Positions 1-13,220 of a stretch of DNA of 64,000 bases are shown here, in pieces. The first letter of the stretch is position 1. Each line of letters opens with the position of its first letter. The DNA comes from the human T2T-CHM13v2.0 reference genome, Homo sapiens. The translations under genes were made by a program, and so were the position numbers. Below the pieces are notes generated by a model. The model was given only the letters and a program-made list of their open reading frames with translations. It searched no databases and was not told the DNA's origin. The stretch lies in assembly GCF_009914755.1 (NCBI RefSeq), contig NC_060938.1. One strand, 5' to 3'.

Positions 1-650
1 ATCATTTTCTATTAGTGTTGAATTTTCAGTATCATAGGCATAACTTTAAGACTCATTATGACCCTTGGAGGAGGCAGGAGGTATCTAATGCTGCTTCATA
101 GCATTTTCTGAAACAACTTTCAACAGCAGTTTTAGAGAGAGAAGCCACAAAGGTACTAATTGTAAAGACTCAGAGGTCCTCAGCTGTAAGTCCATGGTTT
201 TAGAGATGAGAAAACTGAAGTCCAGAGAGGCTAAGGGACATATCCAAGTTACACCACAGCTGTGGAGGGATACAATAGAGACTCAGGTAGGATCAATTCC
301 TGGAGGATAAAATTTTGGGGTGACAAGACTATTGCTGCTCCTTTGTAACCTAGAAATATACAAAAGGTAAAGCTTATGCCACTGGCCCCAGGGCACATTT
401 CAGTGGTCTCAGTGGGGACCAAGGTTTGTGTAGAGGACCTAATAAACCCTAACTGTGTTAAGGATACATCTTTTCTTCTTTAAATAGAGTGTTTAGTTTA
501 TGTAGTGGTTAGGGATTGGAAAGGCACACACATCACTGTCCTCCTTGGAATTTTGGCTAGAGGGATTAGATGGGCTGAGGTGTTCCCTGTAGTTGTTCTT
601 CTGACAGGTTCTTTGTTCCTCACAAGGTGACAGCATTTCTGGAGGTCTCA

Positions 651-1030
<380 letters not shown>

Positions 1031-1753
1031 ATTGCAAAAAGATTCTGGACAGATGCATCTGAGGCCAATTTGCATTCAGACAAATGGAAGCATAAGTTTA
1101 TATTTTGTCTGCACCATTACATCTTTTCTGGGTGGTTTCCTTCAATGCACAGAAGAAGGAGCTACTACAATGAAAGGGGCAGCGTGATGCTGAGAGTCTA
1201 ATCGGGGAGAAAGACATTTTAATCTTTATGAGTAACATTGTCTAGGCCCACTTTTTAGAAAGCAGTTTTTAAGATGTAGTTTCAAGAATCCCAACCTATT
1301 TGTCATTAGATAAAACAATCCTGAAAAATGCTGGGTAGATGGCTTGAGAGCCAGCCCTCTTTTCTCTAATTATCACTGACTACCTTCTCCCCATTTTCCC
1401 TCCCAGTTAGGACAGGCAGGGCTGGAAAGCTTCTGTGAATAAATGGCTCTGTGATGTCAACCCAAGCAGGGCTCTGAGTGCCAGACCTCATTTGGTAGTA
1501 ACTTTCATTTGGTAGTATCAGAGCCTCAGAGATGTAGCTCTGATATTCCTTTTCCTTCCCGGGCAAATCTCGTCACTGCCAGCCAAGAGTATCCACTGGT
1601 ACCAGTGGGGGAAGGGCCTCTCTAGGTGACCTGCTCACCTGGGATGGGAGGGAGCTGGAGGAAATTTCTGCAAAGACATGAAAATGAGCACAGGACCTGA
1701 TAAAGAGTTTGGATATTATGCTGGAAATGATGGCCACTCCCACATCTTCTTAA

Positions 1754-2027
<274 letters not shown>

Positions 2028-2344
2028 AACATGACTGCAAGTAGTAAAGTCCTCCTTCTGGCTGGGATTTCTGGATGAGCATATGAGGCAGCTACACAGC
2101 GCTGCTTCATTTTGACAAGGTGTTTTCAGTCACCTTGCAGACAGACTTTGGATAGTTTTCCCTCTCTTTCTTTCCATTTGGTTGAGGGCAAATAGCACTT
2201 TTCTAATGTTAGCACCACAGCGGACTGTGCTGAGCATTGGCGGCTTAAAGTCCTGGATCTGACATATTATTATACTTAACCTCTCAGCAGCTCAGTTTCC
2301 CATAAGTAGAGAAAGATGACAATAATAATACCTTCCTCATAAAG

Positions 2345-2891
<547 letters not shown>

Positions 2892-3440
2892 CTATCTAAA
2901 TAGACTAAATAGATAGACTTTGTCCTACAAAGTCAGATGTCTAGCCCCTACCTAAATAGACTTTGTAGGCAGAATCTACTTAGATAGGAAGAGGGAAACT
3001 AGAGAAAAATAAACAGAAAATGTCCTATCCTGTTCTCAGCCCTGTATGATTTTTTAAAACAGGAGTACAGCTTGTCTCACACATAGCATAAACCTTAGAA
3101 CTCTGTGTATTAAGATGGCCTTGCTGTGTAATGTTTTCAACAGATACTCTTTTGCAGATGGTTTCAAAGACTGGCACAGCCATGATGGCTATTAGATGAA
3201 TTAATTTAAAGATACCCATGACCAAGTTTTGGGGCTTGGGGGCCTTATTTGAAAATTTCATTAAAATTCTTAATTGCTTACAGTTATATTTCATCTTAAG
3301 TCAGTGTAATTTGGTTTAGATGTGCAACTGGCGTTTTTTCCATGGGTGTCTTTGATACATCTCCAGGAACTTTGCTTTCAGAGAACTATCCACACTTGGA
3401 CTCATATAATAATGCATTCTCCTTTCCTTTTCTCTGTCTC

Positions 3441-3562
3441 TTTTTTTTAAGATGGGGTCTCACTATGTTGCCCAGGCAGGATTCAAACTCCTGGGCTCAC
3501 AGGATCCTCCCGTCTCAACCTCCCAAGTATCTGGGATTACAGGCATGAGCTACGGCACCTGA
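3441..3562 (-). mobile_element. Alu monomer (FLAM-like)
   Basis: Single reverse left-arm-like Alu monomer. Confidence 0.75.
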
Positions 3563-4450
3563 CTCCTTTCCTTTTCTCTTAATAGCATGTTCTTTATAAT
3601 TTCCATTGAATTTAATTAATTTTTATTGCTTTCCTAATTCTCCTATAAAAATTTTATCTTCCTGCTAATCCCTTTTCCCTGTTTTTCAGTGTTTATCACA
3701 ATGTGTAAAAATGGAACTATTTATATGTTTATTTCTCTAAGGCTTGTTTCCTTTTCTAGCTTGTAAACTCCAGGACAGTAGGGATAACGTCTGTTCAACA
3801 CTCTATACCCACAGCCTAGCACACAGTGGTCACTTATCAAGCACTGCCCAATAAATAGACAGATAAATTTGCTTTCGAAGAAAAAACCAATCAAAATTTA
3901 TAGTAATGTAGACATTTGATCTCCCCTGCATAACGTTACCTTTAGATCAGCAAAAGGTTTTGTGAAAGCTCACAGAGTACAAAAGATGAGCAATTTAAAC
4001 CTCAGACTAAATGCATGTGATTACAAGTTAGACTTGTTACCGCATATGAAATTTTACCTTTCTGTGATACAGAATTTTTGTTTTGAAGTTTGAAAAGGGA
4101 TTAACTCTTGCTAAGAAGAAGGTGAAAGATTTTGTTACACTAGAAAGCCAGAACGCACCACCCCACCACCCCCAATACCAGCAAAGAAAAAAAAAATCTC
4201 TAAAGCAAACCTTTCTGGAAACTGTAGGAAATAAGATTAATAAAGCATAAGTGCAGTGAATGTACCAAAACTCTGTTAATAGCATTTTTCTCACTGATTT
4301 CTAAAAAACAAACAAAAAAGAGATAATTATTTGATCCTATAGGCTTTGTCTATTGTTACAGATCGATCATATCTTTTTTTTTAAAATAAGCTATTCACTA
4401 TATTTTTTCTTGCTTTCTAAATCTTGTCTCACTGAATGTATTAGAATGAG

Positions 4451-4507
4451 GGAGAAACAAATAGAACAAACCAAAGTTATGGAGAAAGTATGTGTGTGAA
4501 CTTTATT
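4451..4507 (-). terminator. Candidate intronic polyadenylation site for the short isoform
   Basis: AATAAA (4507-4502), CA about 22 nt downstream (~4480), then U/GU-rich element UUUGGUUUGUUCUAUUUGUUUC; UGUA motifs upstream near 4590-4610. Confidence 0.55.
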
Positions 4508-5343
4508 TCATCATGAGAAAATTACTTCTGTGCAGTAACAGAGAATACTGATATCTATATGATGATAGGCTTTTCTTTGTATTCAGATACATACCTTATA
4601 TTTGTACACAATATATAAAATTCATGGAGGAAATTAATTTCTACAGTACAGTTTCTTTGTTGGAAGAGAACTTGTTCCGTTTGTTTCATCTAGAAAATGA
4701 CCCCCAGTTCTGTGACTGTGGTACCAAGGATCGCAGTTCCAATCCTGTAATTTATTAAATTAGACACCATAATCTTATGAACATTAAAATAAACTGAGGC
4801 GCTACATCCTCCTGCAGGATGAAACGAGAGACATAAGTGCTCAGGCTGTTATGCTAATAACTGATTTTTACCAGAATAGTATGATTCCCATGATGTATTA
4901 TGAATAGAAATAGTTTTCCCGCAGATCTGATAACACATATTAGCAACATTGCTACAAATTTCTCTCTGCTCTGCAGGCATGCACTTCACTCTTCAATCAA
5001 ACCACCTTGTACACACATGGGAAATGAGGCCATCACCAGCAAGGGCCTTCTGCGTTGCATCTAGGAAAGACTCTTGGAGGGCTTTAGCAGTTAGTATGGT
5101 ATTTTGAGAAAAGAGGCAACTGCTCTCAAACTGATAGGTCATCCCTGAGAGAAGGTGCTAAAATGATAATTCTGGGGGAAGCTGTAGCTACCACATCACT
5201 GTACTCCAAATGGGAACAGGTCATGTGGGCATTTTCCCTCAGCATATCCTTCTCTTGGAATAGCATCACTTAGACTGACAACTGCTCCCCAAAGCACTGT
5301 TTTCACGGCTAGGGGCCTTTCATCCTTGCTGTAGGATTCAAAA

Positions 5344-5365
5344 TTGTGCTTGTTTTTAACCATGT
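5344..5365 (-). promoter_or_regulatory. Extensively paired miR-218-5p site with TDMD-type architecture
   Basis: mRNA 5'-ACAUGGUUA-AAAA-CAAGCACAA-3' pairs with nt 1-9 and 13-21 of miR-218-5p (UUGUGCUUGAUCUAACCAUGU). Confidence 0.88.
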
Positions 5366-6268
5366 GAAGCATTTTAGGGTGACTGGCACATGTTGAGGTT
5401 TGTGGGAAGTGGGAAAAAAAACACCACCATAGTTCTTTTAGCTAACATCTTGAACTTGAACAAAATCAACATAATTAGTTCTGCAGAGGGAAGTTATGGA
5501 GAATCCCGGTGAGGTGGGGGGGTGATTTCTTTGATTAAAATGACACCCCAAAGTGTCAGAATGCTTTGGCACCAGCCACAAATACCTCCTTGTAGGTTTA
5601 ATTTCATGTGTCTTGCTTACTCTTAAAATGAAAATGTTAAAAGCCTCAGAGGTTATATCTGGCCATCAAATTCAAGCCTCTCATCTGAGACACATTACTT
5701 GTCTTTGATGACCAAAATATTTAAAGTATAGCTAAGAAGCAAAAATTCTCTAGAGATGAACCTTGTATGGTGGCTCTCGGTAGCCTAGCCAAGACTGAAG
5801 GGACTGGCAAAGATGAAAATGGCGGGTAATGCGAAGTTGCTGGTCTCTTCCTGTTTGGTGCCCACAGGAAGTCTCAATCCTGGTGCTGACGGCCTCCGCT
5901 TTGGGTATGAAACGGAGGCAGTCTAAGTGGGTAAGCCAGGAGCAGCCAACAGGCCCTCTCTAAACAGCTCTAGCACCCCACCACCCATTTGAAACACATT
6001 CAGTCATACAAATCCACGACTGGAAAGAACCTAGGTCCCACCCTCAGAACAAGCAAGTACTACAGAGTAATTTAGAATCATCTGGGCAAAACTGGCACAT
6101 GATGTGTATCGGTGGAGAATGGGAGCCTGCTCTAGAGCCTAGATACATTTGTCTTACACACCAGGGGCACATTCAGGCCTTCATTTTTCAGCTTCTTCAA
6201 CTGCAGCTTATTTAGATTGTTATCAAAGGAAGCCGCCGGCCCAAGCCATTGGAACTGCCGATGTGGAA

Positions 6269-6277
6269 TCTTTGGTT
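6269..6277 (-). promoter_or_regulatory. miR-9-5p 8mer seed match in short-isoform 3' UTR
   Basis: mRNA AACCAAAGA is complementary to miR-9 nt 1-9 (UCUUUGGUU). Confidence 0.4.
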
Positions 6278-6412
6278 TGATCACATCCACATACCATAGG
6301 CTCTCTAAAGGCAGGAGAGGAACAGCGGCTCTGTGCAGAATGCAGAGCAAGTCATGGAAACACTTCAGGAATGTGGGCAGTGGTGGGGTTACCTCCGGGC
6401 TTGCCAGCCACT

Positions 6413-6900
<488 letters not shown>

Positions 6901-7437
6901 AGCAGCTAGGGCTTAAAAAAAATAAAACTGAGTGCTTATAGTTCAGATTACACTTATTAACTTGGGATTGGTACAGTATATAGCCCCTACTGAGCTCCTT
7001 ATCCATCAGTATGGTTTGTAAAAAACATGTTTGAAACCATGAAAACAGGAAGGTGGTCTCTATCCTATGTTTAGAACTCCGCTGATAACTTCAGAACTGT
7101 CACAGAGATTACACTCCAAGCCACCGGGGATAGGTTTTCATCACAGTACAGAGGGAAGGGGGAGGAAACAGGGAAAGGAGGAAGAATGACATTTCAAAGG
7201 CTTAAAATAAATCCTAGCATAATGCGTCTTTAGCATAGGTTAGGCATTTGCCTCCCTCTTCAGCTGTACACATTGCAAAATTATGCTGATGTAATGAATA
7301 AAAATAATTTGCATTCAAAGCACAGCCTTAATATGACAACTCTCTGGTAGGATACTAAGAAGACCACGGTCTTGGATCACCCATCAATTCATTACTCCTG
7401 CTGGAATAACAAAAATTGGAATATTATGTCCTCTCAT

Positions 7438-7600
7438 TCAGTGCTTCTCAAACTTTACGTGCATATGAATCACCTGAGGATCTTGTAAAAATGCAGTTGC
7501 TGATCCAGTAGGTGTCTGGGGTAGGGTCTCGATTTTGCATTTTTAACAAGTTCCCAGGTGAAACCAATGCTGCTGGGGGAGGACCGCACTTTTGAGTAGA
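7438..7600. mobile_element. MER5A-like hAT-Charlie MITE
   Basis: CAGTGCTTCTCAAACTTT...GAATCACCTG...TTTTAACAAGTTCCCAGGTGA. Confidence 0.8.
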
Positions 7601-7767
7601 GGAAAAAGTCAAGACAAAATAAGATAATTATTTAAAGAATTGGGAAAACCGGGAGAGTTACTTTCCCAGGAGAAAAAAAAGATAATAAAGGGAAAAGAAA
7701 GGCCCTGAAAATGACACAGGCACTGAAAAGGCAAAGTCAGGAATGAGAAACTGACAAATAGGATTTT

Positions 7768-7806
7768 ACACACACACAACACACACACACACACTCTCAC
7801 ACACAC
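7768..7806. repeat. (CA)n microsatellite, read as (UG)n on the TRIM9 pre-mRNA
   Basis: Interrupted CA dinucleotide run. Confidence 0.9.
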
Positions 7807-8639
7807 TGCAAAAGACATGAAATGGAACCTGAGGCCCTTATCTTGGAAAGAAAGAAATTAGATTTTATCATGCCAATAAATCAACATATATGTAAATAAG
7901 GCTTCTCTATCAAAAGAGAGAACCTTTGTCCTTGAGGAGAATTGTAGAAGACAAGGCCCCTGCTCTCAAGTACTTAAACCTAGTGGGGGATCAAAAACAC
8001 ATTCAGGAAAAGGGGGCCTTGAGAGGCTTTGCTCTTGAAAGCTAGTGGCTCAGGTTTGGCTATTGGTGACCAGAAGAAAGCCTCATCCTCACGGGCCTGA
8101 GGTTTTTTTAGACAGGGGTCTCCTCTTCATCAGTGCAGGAACTGGCCTCAGTCCCCAGAACGGCTGCTCCCTTAGGAAGCTCCAAGCATCAGAACTTCCA
8201 GGCAAGACTAGGGTGGAGAGGATGGAAAGTAGGGTGGCAGGGAGAGGATGGATGAGAATGAAGCTCTGTATGAGAGAAGCAGACACATGCCGGCAGGTGG
8301 TGGCACATGAATCATCAATCTGGTGGTACCACAGCTGTGTCTTACCAGGAGGCCATTCTGTCCTGCCTTCAGAGGGCAGCATGAGCTTCTCAATGGGGAT
8401 AGGGCTCCCTCACCTTGGGAAGGTAGCAATCTTCTGGTACCAGTTCTATCTGGTGAAAGGCCCAGAACAAAACTATAGAACTGGGGAAACCTTTGCTAGA
8501 AAGGTTGCTTAGAATAGGGAAGCTATAACAGGAGACCATGTCAATTAAGAGGAATGCCAATCAAAGACATTAGAAGCTGTGGATTGCAGAAATAAATCTT
8601 GGACAACGGTTAATTATATTATTAGCAATAAGCAATGAT

Positions 8640-8880
8640 GGTAATAATAATAACTAATAATGAACGCTTGCTATGTTCTAGGCAGCATGCTAAGAATTTT
8701 GTATGAATTATCTAATGGACTCTTAGCAACAAAGCATGAGATTCACGCTATTGTTATCATCCCTCTAGTTAATAAATGAGGACCTGAAGACTCAAAGGGG
8801 TGATAATTAGGCATTGTCCACATAGCTAGGGTGGAGGAGACCAACTTGAATGCAGGCAGTCTGACTCCAGTACTGCATGT
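8640..8880 (-). mobile_element. Degenerate MIR SINE
   Basis: AATGAGGACCTGAAGACTCAAAGGGG...GGCAGTCTGACTCCAG similarity. Confidence 0.55.
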
Positions 8881-8933
8881 CCTGTCTCATAAGAAGGGTA
8901 GGGCAGTTTCAGAGACTGCTCCATCCACCTTCA

Positions 8934-9344
<411 letters not shown>

Positions 9345-9532
9345 TTAGAAGTAGCCAGAATGGGGTGCACAGGGGAACTGAACAGGATCCTTCACAGAGT
9401 CCCCAGGAGTCAGACTGGCTCCTGATTTGCTGTGAGGCCATTTTCTAAGCGCACAGTGGCCCTTCCCACCTTCATTGTGGCTGTTGGAGGGGAGACAGGC
9501 AGATTCACAGAACTGTGTTCTCATCCCCTTGA

Positions 9533-9941
<409 letters not shown>

Positions 9942-10456
9942 GCTGTGCTAATAATTTTATCATAAAACTTATTCTGAGATTGAAACCCAAGTTAATAAAC
10001 CAGAGACTGCCTATTCTGAGAAATAGCTCTGAAACCACTACATTTCCAATATTCCATCATTTTTTTTTAAAACCAGTGATTCTACTCCACGTCTTCTGCA
10101 CGTAAGTAGCTACAACAGTGGATTTTTGAAAATTTGGATCCAAGTGAGATCACAGTGATCTCTCCGTTTCAAAACTTCCGAGGAACCTGATGTCATTCTC
10201 TCAAGGTAGCTATACCTCGAAAACAGCACTAGGTCAAGTCTACTCATTTTCAGGTATAGAACACCCACTGTGAGCCTGGTGCGTGGACTAGGGGCCTGGA
10301 GCATGACAAGGAGGCTCAAGATGTCTTTGCAGCCACGTGAGAGTCTGTCATGCTGTTACGAGTCAAAACACCACCCTCCACATTTTATACTGTGACTCTT
10401 TTCTAGTACTTAAACTGCAAATTAGTTGAGCCTTCAGACACACATAGAAATATTAG

Positions 10457-10845
<389 letters not shown>

Positions 10846-12999
10846 TGGGAACCATGTTTTTGCCAGCTGCTTAAAAATTTTTTTTCAGCACCAAAACATT
10901 GATTTATTACTATTATTACTTTAGTACTTTAATAACAGGAGAGAACAGCTTGGACCATATCCAGGGACATTTAGATGAACAAATGTTCATCATGGAACAC
11001 CTGGTATGCTGTACCAAAATTGGACTCTGTGTCTTGTGCACTGAATTAAATCTATGCCTTGTCAGTCATCCCAACCAAAACAGTGTTTAATTTTACAGCA
11101 GTTTAGAAAACAGGTTCTATGGCAGATAACCTAGAAAACAAAAGCAGTGACTGTAACATAAGAAATGAGAAGGTGAAGCCGGTCAATTGTCGTATACTTA
11201 AGAAAACACTGTGAGACATTACAATAAAACCATGTCTGAGCTACTAAATCAAACATAGCTAAATCAAAATTAGTGCCTGTTAAAACTGCAGGCAATTGGT
11301 TTAGGAGAAGAAATCATGTTTTAAGCTTCAACGGCACAGGGTTTGGATGAAATCTTATCAAAGAGCTACAGCTACTGCAGGCTCAGAAGCCCCAGAAATC
11401 CAGATTTGGAGGAAAGGAAATAAATTCATTGTCTTGCTCACTAAATAAACTACAGGACTGGTTGGAAAGAGAAGGACACAGAAGACATAATGCCTTCTAA
11501 TGAGAGTATCTAAACATAAATAGGCATCACCCAGGAGTCGTAATTGCAGGATTAACTTTAGGTCATTTTAACTACTAGGGACTTTCCTTTTTATTTTAAA
11601 TTTGTTTTCTTTATTAAAATACATTTTTAACATATTTACTACGGAAGATAAATATAACAAGTTTTGGGAAACCATTCTTCAAAGGGCTTGTAGAGACATG
11701 AATGATTCCCCCCGGGGGGTATTTATTCTTAACTGTCCTTATTAGTTAGCGCCCACCATGAAACAATTCCTTATGCTCTTATTTCATTAGCTCCATATTA
11801 GTCTTTCTTTTTTCCTTTGTTCATGTTTCAGGTAAGTCTACATTTCATCAATTACAAAAATCAAAGAATAAGATCACAGATGGTTTCAACTTAAATCATG
11901 CAAATGCTTACAATGTCTCTGATAAGAAACTCAAATGTACCTGTGTAGACATAGGTATAATTAAAAAAGTAACTGAAATACATGATGTCATGTGTAATTA
12001 AAACATCAGAACTTAATTTATAAGCCCTTGGTGGATACAGTTTAAAAGACCAAAAGGATAAAAAAAAAAGGCTAGACTCTCAATAATCTTCAGATCTTGA
12101 TATTGTCCCAGATTTAGACAAATTAGCAAATGGACAAAAAGTCAAAGGGAGTGGAGAGGAAAAAAAAAAGAAAGAACTAACCCAGAGATATTTGCATCTG
12201 TCTGAATCTATTCCTCCATGTGCTGAGAATTAGTTTTCCGTTTTCCTTATTTACCCCCAGTGATGTTGTATATAAAAGGTGAATGTGCCAAAATTACAGC
12301 CTCATTAGCAGAAACTCAGGCTGACATTCTAGAAAAATATATTTTATAGTGGGTGTTATGTTATCCTATTTAACTTCATTAGGCACAAAATAAATGGTCT
12401 ACTAGAAATCCAAAGTACTTTCCAATTAATCTATCTTTTATGGTTTGGAAAAGGATAGCATTACAGTTTCTGGACTGAAATCTAAGGAAGAGCATTGTGT
12501 TTTACTGGAACTCCTGTTATTGGGGCTGTCATAGCTATATTGATTTTTACACTTTCTTGATCATTCTGGGGCAGCTTTTGTTTTTTCCTTAAGAATGAAT
12601 TTCCCCTGACCTGATCAGGGTTCCAGCATTTATCCTTCTTTTAGCCTGTAAAATCAAGCTTTAGGCTAAAAATTCTTCTCTTAAAATACAAGGGGGAAGC
12701 TATTCTCACTGACTTCCTTGAAGAGGTCTGGCGGAGCTGTGGTTCAAAATTAAATTTTCCAGTAGCAGCTTCTTATACCAATGTTTTCAAATGTCTTCCC
12801 TTTTTAAGGCCACTCTATTTCAAATTCTATCTCACATTTTATTTGTTTAATTTTTTTTTTCAGTGATCTTTCAGATTGTGAACACTCACAACCATCCAGA
12901 ATTCCTCTGTGAAAGTACACAGGAGTGTGGCAGGGACAAGTGAGAAGAGAAGCTGGGCTCCCAACCTCAACAGGGAACACTAATCATAAGGGATGCTTT

Positions 13000-13220
13000 C
13001 AAGCACTTTACTGAATGCCAGAGAGTGTTGTGAGAGGTTTACAGGTATTCACTCATTTAATTTTCACAATAATCCTATAAAGAAGGTATTGCAATTATCT
13101 TTATTGTGCAGCTGAGGAAATGGAAACACAGTAAGGTTTTACAGCTAGTAAGTGGCAGGACTGGCATCTGAAGCCAAGCAGCCTGGCTCCAGAGGCTGTG
13201 TGCTTAGCATTGCATCATAC
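13000..13220 (-). mobile_element. MIR SINE
   Basis: CTCATTTAATTTTCACAATAATCCTAT...GAGGAAATGGAAACACAG. Confidence 0.65.

Larger units (their letters stand above)
4480..6412 (-). other. TRIM9: Short-isoform-specific 3' UTR (intron 7 of the long isoform); 3' end approximate
   Basis: Apparently repeat-free sequence after the short-isoform stop; AATAAA hexamers on the minus strand at 4751-4756, 4502-4507, 3728-3733 and 3622-3627. Confidence 0.7.

Noticed and set aside
2209-2230. REST/RE1-like split motif TTAGCACC-n5-GGACTGTGC
   Set aside because: Mismatch in each half-site and non-canonical spacing
5344-5400. + strand near-copy of mature miR-218 as a miRNA gene or paralogue
   Set aside because: No complementary passenger arm or hairpin nearby and the central bases differ; better explained as a target site on the transcribed minus strand
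5816-5825. Isolated YY1-like (AAAATGGCGG) motif, plus ETS/YY1-like (about 44020-44047) and TATA-like (12269) matches
   Set aside because: Single short motifs without CpG-island or promoter context
6388-6395. Alternative donor GAG|GTAACC just after the short-isoform stop
   Set aside because: No evidence of use from sequence alone
8045-8512. 155-aa + strand ORF
   Set aside because: GTG start and no homology I can recognise; consistent with a chance ORF
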